Origin: a virus
Taxonomy: Duplodnaviria > Heunggongvirae > Uroviricota > Caudoviricetes
Virus record (IMG/VR): IMGVR_UViG_3300016457_000036
Span: 7,253 to 71,252 of that record
DNA: 64,000 nt
Strand: one strand, 5' to 3'
The notes beneath the pieces were generated by a model. It saw only the letters and a list, made by a program, of their open reading frames with translations. It had not been told where the DNA came from and searched no databases. Position 1 is the first letter of the stretch, and every line of letters begins with the position of its first letter. Position numbers and translations under genes: made by a program. Positions 29,128 to 38,052 of this stretch are shown in pieces.

Positions 29128-29512
29128 CACTTGCCGTTTCAGTTTTGCAACTTGCCGTCCTAGAAAAGTTGTGTTTAAATCTGCGACAGAAGACGCTGTT
29201 ATTGAGTGTGACAAATTCGAGGAACCGCCTACTAAACATGGTTTTAAATACACAGGTCCCGGTCGTATACCTGACACACTTCTTCTTAACGTATCTCATC
29301 GTGAATATCATCGTAGAGTATTTGAAAAATGTGTACCTGAATACCTTACATACAAACTTCGTAAACTAAAAGACGTTATTGAACATTCTGTAAAAGATGG
29401 ACTACTAGTTCTTTCACCTAATGAAAACCTTCAATTACTACATCGCCTCAAAGCACTTAAAACTGTACAGGCTGAACTCGACTATATCTACTCAACAGGA
29501 AAAACTTCATGA
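29084..29512 (+). CDS. hypothetical protein (142 aa)
   Basis: ATG at 29084 inside track ORF. Confidence 0.4.
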   Translation: MKNEKTQNVPLNLCDTCRFSFATCRPRKVVFKSATEDAVIECDKFEEPPTKHGFKYTGPGRIPDTLLLNVSHREYHRRVFEKCVPEYLTYKLRKLKDVIEHSVKDGLLVLSPNENLQLLHRLKALKTVQAELDYIYSTGKTS

Positions 29513-30267
29513 AACCATTCTTTAAGTACGCAGGTATTCACTACCCTGTATTCGGCTCTGCTGTAGGGTGGGAAAACGGCCGCTATAAGTCAGAAATGTC
29601 ACGCTTAGTCGGTGGCTATGGTGATAACTACGGTAAGTGGTGGACATTCTCTTGGGGATGGAAAACACGTGTATGGAATAAAGCTAAGCCTCTTAAACAG
29701 TTTATCGTTGATGCAGTAGCCGATCACCCTGAGATGGAAATTGAATGGCGTTGGTTCGAGGACTCACATCCTGAACAAGGCGGTATGTGGGCGGTAGTTC
29801 ACGCTGAAACTAAACAGTATCTTGGAAATCTCTTAGATGCGTTCTACATGACACCACTTACACAGATCACACATGGTACAGGCTTTAACATCTCAGAGCA
29901 GAAATGGTACGGATGGTCACACCGTGCTAAATATGGCTTTGGTGTTGGTTCTACAGTCAAGAAAGGCGATGTTGCTTATAAAGCACGTAACCCACATGAA
30001 CTTGTAGAGGCCTGTCTCAGATTTTGGGGCGATGTAGACTACCCTAAAAAAGTAGAGAAAATTGAACATAACTACCTTGAAGATTTTAATAATACTACAG
30101 GTGTGATGATCACTTTCGATACTACTGAAGAACTCGTAGAAGGCGGTGTACAACAGACCGGTGAATTTATCCCGTATCCTGAAACATGGGGACGTGGTGA
30201 ATGGACTGCAGAAACTCTTGAAGATGCTCATGAAATGGCACTAGCTTTCTCAGATGGCGTATCGTGA
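29509..30267 (+). CDS. hypothetical Trp-rich protein (252 aa)
   Basis: ATGA overlap; no motif recognised. Confidence 0.5.
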   Translation: MKPFFKYAGIHYPVFGSAVGWENGRYKSEMSRLVGGYGDNYGKWWTFSWGWKTRVWNKAKPLKQFIVDAVADHPEMEIEWRWFEDSHPEQGGMWAVVHAETKQYLGNLLDAFYMTPLTQITHGTGFNISEQKWYGWSHRAKYGFGVGSTVKKGDVAYKARNPHELVEACLRFWGDVDYPKKVEKIEHNYLEDFNNTTGVMITFDTTEELVEGGVQQTGEFIPYPETWGRGEWTAETLEDAHEMALAFSDGVS

Positions 30268-30476
30268 AAGAACTCTATGCAGTAACCATATGGGATCTTT
30301 CTCTAAAAAATCCTGCTTCTAACGACTTCTTAAAAGGTTGGGAACGCTTGTGGTTATCTGAAGTAGGTACAGATAGACCGCTATACCTATCTAAAAAAGA
30401 CATCATTCGTTTTAAAGAGAATGGCTACACAGTACATCATATAGCATTGGAGTATCCGAATGACCGAAATTCATAA
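30264..30476 (+). CDS. hypothetical protein (70 aa)
   Basis: GTGA/ATG overlap. Confidence 0.35.
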   Translation: MKELYAVTIWDLSLKNPASNDFLKGWERLWLSEVGTDRPLYLSKKDIIRFKENGYTVHHIALEYPNDRNS

Positions 30477-30699
30477 CTACTTCTCATTTAAAAAGAAGTT
30501 TCTATATGACTTACAAGCTTCCTACGCTAACACACAAACTAACTTAGAATTTGAGGATTATGTAGACTTCAAGTATACACAATACGTAGAAGATGAGTAT
30601 GATAAATGTGTTAAAACTGTATCTGCTCGTCATGCACCTACATACAACTTAGTAAACGCCTTCAGACGTTTTATCTCAGAAAGGGGCTTTAATGCCTAA
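30460..30699 (+). CDS. hypothetical protein (79 aa)
   Basis: ORF track. Confidence 0.35.
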   Translation: MTEIHNYFSFKKKFLYDLQASYANTQTNLEFEDYVDFKYTQYVEDEYDKCVKTVSARHAPTYNLVNAFRRFISERGFNA

Positions 30700-30860
30700 T
30701 TTAAAAAACATGCTCTTCGATGTAGCTAAAGATACCGGCACAGACTACGTTAAGTCAGGGCTCGGTATTATGACGGCTATAAAAGTCTTCATCTACTTTA
30801 TGATGGCAGTAATCGCTGTCAGCTTCACAGCAGGGCTATACGCTCTATTCACCAATTAAA
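30692..30860 (+). CDS. small membrane protein (55 aa)
   Basis: AAAGGGGCTTTAATG; C-terminal hydrophobic helix IKVFIYFMMAVIAVSFTAGLYALF. Confidence 0.35.
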
Positions 30861-30870
30861 AAGGACACAC

Positions 30871-31215
30871 ATGGAATTTATGATCGCTTGGTATCCCCTA
30901 GCTCGTTTCTTCTTCTTCGGAACTATTATCGCTATCGCAGGTTATCTACTTTATAAAAAATGGTACAAGACATCGGGCACTTTGTTTATGGCACTGTTTC
31001 TTTTCGCTGTCTTTGCTCCGGTAAAGATCGACGGTACACAATCGCACTCTGCCCATAAAGCTGAAGTAAGTGCACGTACTCAAGAGTATAGAATCGTCGA
31101 AAGTGAAAAGGTAATAGTCACCACTAAAAAACCCACATTTGAAGAACGCATGGCAGCTGAAGAAGCTCGCTCTGCCTCTGCAAACAATAAGGTCGAAAAT
31201 GAAATGCTCAAATAA
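30871..31215 (+). CDS. membrane protein (114 aa, two TM helices + charged tail)
   Basis: AAAAGGACACACATG; FFFFGTIIAIAGYLLY and LFMALFLFAVFAPV. Confidence 0.45.
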   Translation: MEFMIAWYPLARFFFFGTIIAIAGYLLYKKWYKTSGTLFMALFLFAVFAPVKIDGTQSHSAHKAEVSARTQEYRIVESEKVIVTTKKPTFEERMAAEEARSASANNKVENEMLK

Positions 31216-31378
31216 AACAGGCTTTACAATTATCGAATTAATTTTCGTAATTGTTATCTTAGGTATCTTGGCTTCTGTAGCCATTCCTGGAATAAAAAAA
31301 GCTCAAAAAAGAGAAGCCGCAGCTCAACAATCTTTTGAACAACCTGCTAAAACAGATGACGATGGAAGTACCTGGTAA
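31199..31378 (+). CDS. type IV prepilin / pseudopilin-like protein (59 aa)
   Basis: MKCSNKTG|FTIIELIFVIVILGILASVAIP = class III signal peptide (G-1, F+1, E+5) and N-terminal pilin helix. Confidence 0.55.
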   Translation: MKCSNKTGFTIIELIFVIVILGILASVAIPGIKKAQKREAAAQQSFEQPAKTDDDGSTW

Positions 31379-31587
31379 TGGAACTCTATGATGCCTTATG
31401 GATAGTTATACCTCTATGGCTATTCGTCGATGAAAGATTAGCTTTCCTTGTAGGTGTTGTTCTTTTATTCGGAGTAGGTATTACTTATCTTCCCGAACAT
31501 TCTCCATCTCAAAACTTAACTCAGATCCACGCAACAGATGTAAATACGTCTGCACCTAGTAGTGATGATACTACTGATTGGCATTAA
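31378..31587 (+). CDS. small membrane protein (69 aa, 2 TM), possible NfeD-like SPFH partner
   Basis: hydrophobic WIVIPLWLFV / LVGVVLLFGVGITYL; immediately upstream of SPFH gene. Confidence 0.4.
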   Translation: MELYDALWIVIPLWLFVDERLAFLVGVVLLFGVGITYLPEHSPSQNLTQIHATDVNTSAPSSDDTTDWH

Positions 31588-31588
31588 C

Positions 31589-32461
31589 TTGAAAAAAATT
31601 CTATCTCTATTGGCTTTAGTAGCCGTAATGATGCTCAGCACAGGCTGTTCGTATGACACAGTACCACAAGGTACAAAAGGTAAGGTCTTAGACCGCTCAG
31701 GCTTCCAACCGGAAGTTTACCCACCGTCACGTGTTGATGTTGGTTTACACGGTAACTTGGTACTTGTTGAAACGATCACACATACTGTAAACGAAACTGT
31801 TACAGTACGTATGAAAGACGATATGAACCTTGTTGCACAGGTACGTTTTAAATTACGTATGGGTGAGAAACCAAAATCTCTTAATCTTGTATTCAATGAT
31901 ATTAGACCTGGTGAAGGTGGTATTATTACTCTGAAACAGATCTATGAAGTACACGGTAAGATGCTTGTTAACAAGATCGCACGTGAAGTACTTTCACAGT
32001 ACAACATTGGAGATGTAAACGATAACTTTACACATATCTCTTCTGACATTTATAACAAGACTCTTGAAGCTTTCAAGCCTACACCACTTATCGTAACTGA
32101 TGTAGCACTTGGTAAACTTGACTATCCTGATGTTATTGACCGCGCTATTGAAGCAGCAGCTAAACGTGAACTTGAAATCAAACAAGCCGAAGCTGATGTT
32201 GCTGTACGTCTTACAGAACTGAAGGGTAAAGAGAAGGTCGCAGAAGGTGAATATCGTATCAAAATGCAGGAAGCGAAACGTATTCGTGACTACAATAAAA
32301 TGATCGCTAAAGGTATTACACCACAACTTCTACAACTTCGTCAGCTTGAAGTACAACAAGCGATGGTGCAAACTATCGAAAAGGGTGATGCTACCACTAT
32401 CTTTATTCCTTACGGATCTCAAGACAGCTTAGGTATGCAAACACGCATGTACAGTAAGTAG
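31589..32461 (+). CDS. SPFH (band-7/stomatin/HflC-like) domain lipoprotein (290 aa from TTG)
   Basis: TTG start gives MKKILSLLALVAVMMLSTGC lipoprotein signal; body has SPFH-like ...VALGKLDYPDVIDRAIEAAAKRELEIKQAEADVAV. Confidence 0.55.
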   Translation: MKKILSLLALVAVMMLSTGCSYDTVPQGTKGKVLDRSGFQPEVYPPSRVDVGLHGNLVLVETITHTVNETVTVRMKDDMNLVAQVRFKLRMGEKPKSLNLVFNDIRPGEGGIITLKQIYEVHGKMLVNKIAREVLSQYNIGDVNDNFTHISSDIYNKTLEAFKPTPLIVTDVALGKLDYPDVIDRAIEAAAKRELEIKQAEADVAVRLTELKGKEKVAEGEYRIKMQEAKRIRDYNKMIAKGITPQLLQLRQLEVQQAMVQTIEKGDATTIFIPYGSQDSLGMQTRMYSK

Positions 32462-32468
32462 TGATATT

Positions 32469-32500
32469 CAGCAGCCTTTTGGCTGTTGGTCTATCTCTAT
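32469..32500 (+). terminator. putative terminator hairpin after SPFH gene
   Basis: CAGCAGCC-TTTT-GGCTGTTG stem-loop then T-rich GTCTATCTCTATT. Confidence 0.45.
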
Positions 32501-32589
32501 TAGAGAGATTTTAAAATGAAGATTATGAGAATTAAAGAGGCTATATAAATCATGTAATGATTATACCTACTACTACTTAAAGGACTCCT

Positions 32590-32820
32590 ATGCCATCTAT
32601 TCATTCACAAGCAGAACGTCATCGTATCCATGAAAAGTATGATCTTACATTCAAACTTATTGATATGTATCTTACACTAGAACCTGTTCTAGCCACAGAC
32701 ACAGCACACGAACAACTACTACTGCTAGAAGATGCTTCAGAAGCTACTAAACGTCTTGGTGGACAGCTAGTATCGCGCCAGGCTGTAGCAGTATTGCTTG
32801 CACCTTACTTGGAGTTATAA
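32590..32820 (+). CDS. hypothetical protein (76 aa)
   Basis: AAAGGACTCCTATG. Confidence 0.4.
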   Translation: MPSIHSQAERHRIHEKYDLTFKLIDMYLTLEPVLATDTAHEQLLLLEDASEATKRLGGQLVSRQAVAVLLAPYLEL

Positions 32821-33221
32821 TGACTGAAATATTCCTTCTACTAGTCCTGTTTCAACTTAAACATTTCCTAGCAGATTACCCTCTGCAATTTCCGTATATG
32901 TATGAAAATAAAGGTAAAGCTACAGGATGGGTTGCGCCATTAGCTAATCATGCTTGGATACACGCTGCAATGACTTTAATCATAGGCGTATTCTTTTTAC
33001 TTGATGTAAATCCTGAGATACTAACAAGACCTGCATTTGCTATCTTATTCTCTATTACTGCAATAGACTTTACTACTCACTTCATAGTCGATAGATGGAA
33101 GGCTACACGCAAAGGTGGACCTGATACACCTCGTTTTTGGATCAACCTCGGATTAGACCAAATGGCTCATCATTTAGTTGGTATTTTCATTATCTACATT
33201 TTAATAACTCAAGGACTTTAA
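32820..33221 (+). CDS. polytopic membrane protein (133 aa)
   Basis: 3-4 hydrophobic segments. Confidence 0.45.
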   Translation: MTEIFLLLVLFQLKHFLADYPLQFPYMYENKGKATGWVAPLANHAWIHAAMTLIIGVFFLLDVNPEILTRPAFAILFSITAIDFTTHFIVDRWKATRKGGPDTPRFWINLGLDQMAHHLVGIFIIYILITQGL

Positions 33222-33515
33222 ATGTCATGCTCCTCCCTCACAGAAAAAGAAAAAGCAAAAGCGCTCACAGAAGCAATCAATGAACTGCATAAAAAAGAGT
33301 TGTTTAAAGACAATTTAAAAACATGGTCTGAAAGAGTGGTACAAAGTCTTTATACACCTAAAAAAGGTGATGATGCTCTACTCTTCTACCACTCTCGTTT
33401 ACCTATCGAATTTCCTGCTGCAGAGTGGTTTATCCGCTATCCTGCAGATGAATTCGATGTTCGTCTTGACTACCTAACACTTACTGCTTATGCTGAGTTA
33501 AAGGAAGAGTCATGA
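33222..33515 (+). CDS. hypothetical protein (97 aa)
   Basis: ORF track. Confidence 0.4.
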   Translation: MSCSSLTEKEKAKALTEAINELHKKELFKDNLKTWSERVVQSLYTPKKGDDALLFYHSRLPIEFPAAEWFIRYPADEFDVRLDYLTLTAYAELKEES

Positions 33516-33961
33516 TTACACCTAAATTTGATCCTGAAAGTATCTCTCATGATATTCTAAAAGAAGTCATAGAGCCTATCCTCAAAGATAAGTTAGAAGC
33601 TCTTGCTATTAACGGTGTAAAAAACATTAAGTACAAAGAGGATACATGGAATAGAGACTTATCTTATGAAATAGATACAGACAACCTATCAGCTAAAACT
33701 GTTAAGCAATGTAAGCGTCTTTTTACTATTCGTATGGAAGCTAAAAATAAAGTAGTTGTAGACCTTCTAGCTAGGTGTGATGCAGTACTTTACGATATTA
33801 AATCATACCCTAAATTTAAAGAAGCCATCTTTGAAATGGATCTATGTAAAGCTGAAACAGAGATGAGTGACTTCCTTAAACGCTACATTAAAGGTACTGC
33901 TCCAAGTAAAGCTATCTATCGAGCTAGACTACAAAAATTTTATAAAATTCAATGCACATAA
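33512..33961 (+). CDS. hypothetical protein (149 aa)
   Basis: ATGA overlap. Confidence 0.45.
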   Translation: MITPKFDPESISHDILKEVIEPILKDKLEALAINGVKNIKYKEDTWNRDLSYEIDTDNLSAKTVKQCKRLFTIRMEAKNKVVVDLLARCDAVLYDIKSYPKFKEAIFEMDLCKAETEMSDFLKRYIKGTAPSKAIYRARLQKFYKIQCT

Positions 33962-33971
33962 AGGACAAATA

Positions 33972-34286
33972 ATGGCAATCATTACTACTTCAATTTCCGG
34001 ACCTAAAAAAGGTATCCCACATCGCCTCAGAGCAGGTGTAGTTATTAGAACACCTGAACGCGCAGAAACAGATGGCGAGTATTATGAACGTAATTTAGGC
34101 TTCTTCAACAATAGTGCTAACGTCCCTACTACTTGCCCTAAGTGTGAAGCTGTGCTAATACAGCGTATGAAACGTCTCAGTCCTGGTAACATCACAAGTG
34201 TTACTCTAAACTGTTCTAACAAAAAATGTAAACGTGTGTATGTATCTGCATACCCGGCTAAAAAGGTAAACGCTTATGGAAACTAA
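33972..34286 (+). CDS. zinc-ribbon protein (104 aa)
   Basis: AAAGGACAAATAATG; CPKCEA...CSNKKCKRV. Confidence 0.4.
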   Translation: MAIITTSISGPKKGIPHRLRAGVVIRTPERAETDGEYYERNLGFFNNSANVPTTCPKCEAVLIQRMKRLSPGNITSVTLNCSNKKCKRVYVSAYPAKKVNAYGN

Positions 34287-35136
34287 ACAAAAAACAGTGT
34301 GTGTATATCACGGTAACTGTCTTGATGGATTTACTGCTGCATGGGTTCTACACTCAGCCTTAAATCCTTTTACTGATTTAACACTTGTAAAAGGTGCATA
34401 CACAGAAAAACTTGATGTAGATCAATTTATTGATGCTGACGTATACTTTGTAGACTTCTCAGTTAAAGCTCCTGAAATGCAAGCAATCGCTGCAGTAGCC
34501 AATAAAGTAGTTATTCTTGATCACCACGCTTCAGCAGAACGTGAACTACAAATCGTAGCTGAAAAAACCGGTAATGTTCACATCGAATTTGATATGAAAC
34601 GCTCAGGCGCTATGATTACATGGGATTATTTTTTCCCTTCTTCAGAAGCTCCTACTCTTATTAAAATCGTACAAGATCGTGATCTATGGCTATTTAAAAA
34701 TCAGTATACTAAAGCACTTACTGCTTATATGTTTACACTTGAACAGACTATTGATGTATGGAACGATCTTCTTACTGATGTAAATTCAGGTAAAGCTATT
34801 GACATGGGTCAAGTACTTCTTGATGCACATGACAAAAATGTAGCTGCTATCATCGATGGCTGTACTCGTGAAGTTTTACTCGGAGAGCATAAAGTCAATT
34901 TAACTAATGCTCATTGGATGTATGCCTCTGATATAGGTCATAAAACTATTGGTGACAACCTATTCTCAATGTCGTATTTTATCAACTCAGATGGGGTATA
35001 TTCATACTCTCTACGCGCTGATAATAATTTCGACTGCTCTGTATTAGCTGAAACTTACAGAGGTGGTGGGCATCCTAATGCTGCAGGTTTCTCATCAGTT
35101 TTACCGGTATGGACTGAGATCAACGAAGAACTGTAA
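34276..35136 (+). CDS. DHH/DHHA1 family phosphoesterase (NrnA/RecJ-like, 286 aa)
   Basis: VCVYHGNCLDGFTAAWVL (motif I), ILDHHASAE (DHH), GGGHPNAAGF (DHHA1). Confidence 0.75.
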   Translation: METKQKTVCVYHGNCLDGFTAAWVLHSALNPFTDLTLVKGAYTEKLDVDQFIDADVYFVDFSVKAPEMQAIAAVANKVVILDHHASAERELQIVAEKTGNVHIEFDMKRSGAMITWDYFFPSSEAPTLIKIVQDRDLWLFKNQYTKALTAYMFTLEQTIDVWNDLLTDVNSGKAIDMGQVLLDAHDKNVAAIIDGCTREVLLGEHKVNLTNAHWMYASDIGHKTIGDNLFSMSYFINSDGVYSYSLRADNNFDCSVLAETYRGGGHPNAAGFSSVLPVWTEINEEL

Positions 35137-35447
35137 TGGGTAAAGCACTTAAAGTCTTTACAGCAATCTATGGCGATACAGTTAAATACGGTCCTACTCT
35201 CTATAGCATACAAGATAGAGACGGTACAGAATTTACAGATCATCTCAACATCGACATAGCAGCTAATTCTGAAGTACCTCCTAGAGGTGCTTTGGTTATG
35301 GTGAAGGGGTATAAACCTTCTCACAAAAATAAACAAACTGTAGTTTTAGTAACTGTTGCTCGTAAAGGGCTCATTAAAGCTATCATAAAAGGAACTTTCC
35401 ATGAAAAAATATTTAATCGCATTTATCGTGAGTGCCACACTCGCTAG
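35136..35447 (+). CDS. hypothetical protein (103 aa)
   Basis: ATGG overlap. Confidence 0.4.
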   Translation: MGKALKVFTAIYGDTVKYGPTLYSIQDRDGTEFTDHLNIDIAANSEVPPRGALVMVKGYKPSHKNKQTVVLVTVARKGLIKAIIKGTFHEKIFNRIYRECHTR

Positions 35448-35559
35448 TGCATGTATCACACCTATTAAACCTATCGCACCTATTGGTTGCTCGTCTTCTG
35501 ACGCTGTACTGATCACAAATTCTGATGGTACATGCTATTGGGTATTTATGGGTTGTTAG
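35401..35559 (+). CDS. small secreted Cys-containing peptide (52 aa)
   Basis: AAAGGAACTTTCCATG; signal peptide MKKYLIAFIVSATLASA|C; overlaps upstream ORF by 47 nt. Confidence 0.3.
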   Translation: MKKYLIAFIVSATLASACITPIKPIAPIGCSSSDAVLITNSDGTCYWVFMGC

Positions 35560-35865
35560 GCTATAATACATCTCTTGGGTCCATGTTCCCGCTACACATG
35601 GCATGAAAACTAGATCTGCAGATCTTAAGCGCCTCAGTAAGCAAGTAGCCGTTATCGGAAGAGTACGTAACTCTTCTAAAAAACTTACCTCTTAAAATAT
35701 AATATAAAATATTCTAAAAGGTGTGTTTTATAAGCCGCCAATCCCGCACTCTGTAGGGGCATATAACAGAGTATGAAAAAAGGTTATGGTACGCAGCCTA
35801 GACATCATCTAAACGTCTAAAGGTACTAGGTGTAGAAATTAAATACTTCTACACCGCGCACTTAT

Positions 35866-35940
35866 CGAGGTATGGCCAAGTGGTAAGGCGGCGGCTTTTG
35901 GTGCCGTTATTCGGGGGTTCGAGTCCCTCTACCTCTACCA
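35866..35940 (+). tRNA. tRNA-Gln (anticodon TTG)
   Basis: cloverleaf: D-arm GCCAAGTGGTAAGGC, anticodon stem GCGGC/GCCGT loop TTTTGGT, T-arm GGGGG-TTCGAGT-CCCTC, CCA encoded; resembles E. coli tRNA-Gln. Confidence 0.8.
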
Positions 35941-36106
35941 TATGGTCGAAAGACCACCATGACTAAACAACAGGTAACTTCAGAAAGCTTATAGTGAGCT
36001 ACGTTGAAGATTAAAAGCATCACGTACTAATGGATCACTAATCCATGAACGCAACGTCATCCTGTACTGCATACTAAGTTACAGTAGAGAATTGTTTAGT
36101 CTAAAT

Positions 36107-36190
36107 GTAAAGTAAAAGTTGTTCGGATACAGCACCGAGACTGTAAATCTCGTCTTTAGGGGAGTGGTTCGAGTCCACTACTTTACACCA
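36107..36190 (+). tRNA. tRNA-Tyr (anticodon GTA), long D/variable region
   Basis: acceptor GTAAAGT/ACTTTAC, anticodon stem CGAGA/TCTCG loop CTGTAAA, T-arm AGTGG-TTCGAGT-CCACT, CCA encoded; D-arm fold ambiguous. Confidence 0.6.
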
Positions 36191-36195
36191 TATGT

Positions 36196-36271
36196 TACGT
36201 TATAGCTCAGTTGGTAGAGCGTTTCGCTGTTAACGAAAATGTCCCTGGTTCGAGTCCAGGTTACGTAGCCA
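36196..36271 (+). tRNA. tRNA-Asn (anticodon GTT)
   Basis: TAGCTCAGTTGGTAGAGC D-arm, TTTCG-CTGTTAA-CGAAA anticodon arm, CCTGG-TTCGAGT-CCAGG T-arm, CCA encoded. Confidence 0.85.
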
Positions 36272-36443
36272 CATGATCGCAAGATCACCAAAAAAACAGG
36301 TACTCACCTGTACAAAAAGAGTAGCTAAATTTTTGACAACTTGGAAAGACAAGTCAGTAGTCCTCTCGAAGCCGAGGAGCAAATAGTTATTTAAGGGTAG
36401 AGCCTATATGCCTAGTCATACAATGATAACTAGCTACATAAGT

Positions 36444-36519
36444 GGGGAATTAGCTCAGCTGGGAGAGCGTCTGCCTTGCACGTAGAAGGTCAGCGGTTCG
36501 ATCCCGCTATTCTCCACCA
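36444..36519 (+). tRNA. tRNA-Ala (anticodon TGC)
   Basis: GGGGAAT acceptor with G3:U70, anticodon loop CTTGCAC, T-arm AGCGG-TTCGATC-CCGCT; near-identical architecture to E. coli tRNA-Ala. Confidence 0.85.
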
Positions 36520-36725
36520 AATATGGGACGAAAGTTAGCGAATACTGTCGGAGTCATGACCTTCAGGAGTGAGTAAAAATCTCACAGATCCCACCACTTA
36601 AATATGGTCCGACTAGAAATAGATTACCATGCGCGGTAAGGGAAGCCTAAAACTTTCTCGGCCACCACCTAAATATGGTCGTTACACGATCACCATCACA
36701 CACAAATTAAATAAGGAACTACCCC

Positions 36726-37487
36726 ATGTCAAAACCTGTATTACACGAATTACTTGCCGTAGAGCAAGGACTATCTGAAACAGCTAATCGTATCACTAAA
36801 GAGACGATCAAAACACTATCTACTAAGCAATCTATCTTTGCCGGTATGAACAAAGCACACACTATCTTCGCAGAAGATCAGCAACACCTGGTTCAAGCTA
36901 CAGAGTACAAAGAAGTACAATCTACTGCAGATGAGCAGATCAACTTTCTAAACACAGAGATCGCTCGTTATTGGGACGTTACTCTACAAAAAGAAGAGGC
37001 AAACCAACGTGCTAATGCAGACATCATTATTGATGGTACTACTCTCGCTACAAATGTACCTTCTATCGTTTTACTAGGTCTTGAAAAGAAACTTACTTCT
37101 CTTCTAGCAGTTTATAACGCATTACCTACACTTGATGCTGCTACAGCTTGGGAAAGTGATCCATCTGCATCTAAAGATGGTATCTTTCGTACTAAGTATC
37201 CTGAAGAGCGTCAGCACAACGTAACTGAGCTAAAGTATATCATTGCTGCACCTGCAACTGAGCGTCATCCTGCACAAGTCAAAGAGCAAAGTATTACTGA
37301 TGTTATCGGTAAATATGTGATCACTACTTTCTCAGGTGCTATCACTTCATACGACAAAGCAGCACGTCTTGAGAAGCTTACTAAACTGATCCGTGCTGTG
37401 AAAAAAGCTCGTCAACGTGCCAACAACACAGAAGTAAACACAGATCTTACTATCGGTGCTACTATGCTAAAATACATTAACGATTAA
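36726..37487 (+). CDS. hypothetical protein (253 aa) embedded in stable-RNA island
   Basis: ATAAGGAACTACCCCATG; long clean ORF. Confidence 0.5.
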   Translation: MSKPVLHELLAVEQGLSETANRITKETIKTLSTKQSIFAGMNKAHTIFAEDQQHLVQATEYKEVQSTADEQINFLNTEIARYWDVTLQKEEANQRANADIIIDGTTLATNVPSIVLLGLEKKLTSLLAVYNALPTLDAATAWESDPSASKDGIFRTKYPEERQHNVTELKYIIAAPATERHPAQVKEQSITDVIGKYVITTFSGAITSYDKAARLEKLTKLIRAVKKARQRANNTEVNTDLTIGATMLKYIND

Positions 37488-37806
37488 TTCGTTAGTGGGT
37501 AAACGAAAGTTTGCCACATTAAGTGTATTTACAATAGCTATGTAACGTAGGCATTAAATGATAGTATATGTCTCAAAGCACAGCTAGGAAACTATCCTTG
37601 TTCATTCGGCTATGCATAGTTGTATGATCACCTGTAAATACATTTACTGTGGTAAATTTATCTTTACATTTATTCACCCTACTATACTCTAACTGAGGTG
37701 GTAGGTTATTTTCATTCTTATTTTATCACCACGATAAATTAAGTTCTGAAGACCTTTAAAAAAGAGTACACCACTCGCGCAGAACTACTTCTTTTAGTTA
37801 ACGTAC

Positions 37807-37868
37807 ATGGGTTCGAGTCCCATTCCGGCCACCATTTAATACGGCCGGGTGATGTAAGCGGCTTACAT
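37807..37868 (+). ncRNA. permuted tRNA-like element P1: 3' half (T-arm + TCCGGCC-A-CCA) followed by matching 5' acceptor GGCCGGG
   Basis: ATGGG-TTCGAGT-CCCAT T-arm, acceptor 3' strand, ACCATTTAATAC spacer, then complementary 5' strand and 8-bp palindrome ATGTAAGCGGCTTACAT. Confidence 0.4.
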
Positions 37869-37940
37869 CGTTAATATAATTTATCTTAAAAAGTAGTTAC
37901 TAGCAACTAATAGGTTGAACATCATTTAACACAAAAATTT

Positions 37941-38010
37941 GAAGGTTCGAGTCCTTCCCCGCCTACCATTACTTTACAGGCGGGTAGTCGAATTGGTTAT
38001 AGACGTTTGT
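37941..38010 (+). ncRNA. permuted tRNA-like element P2: T-arm + CCCGCCT-A-CCA, spacer, 5' half AGGCGGG-TA-GTCG...
   Basis: GAAGG-TTCGAGT-CCTTC T-arm; 5' acceptor AGGCGGG perfectly complementary 13 nt downstream followed by D-arm-like GTCGAATTGGTTATAGAC. Confidence 0.4.
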
Positions 38011-38019
38011 ATAATGCAC

Positions 38020-38052
38020 GACAGAGGAAATAAAGGTTATTATTCCTCTGTC
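38020..38052 (+). other. strong hairpin (10-bp stem GACAGAGGAA / TTCCTCTGTC, 13-nt loop)
   Basis: perfect 10-bp inverted repeat in ORF-free region. Confidence 0.6.

Noticed and set aside
37807-38010. Reading the T-arm-containing halves as minus-strand tRNAs
   Set aside because: The reverse complement places the T-arm directly after the acceptor strand, which cannot form a cloverleaf; also no partner 5' halves within 1 kb upstream, so an intron explanation fails.
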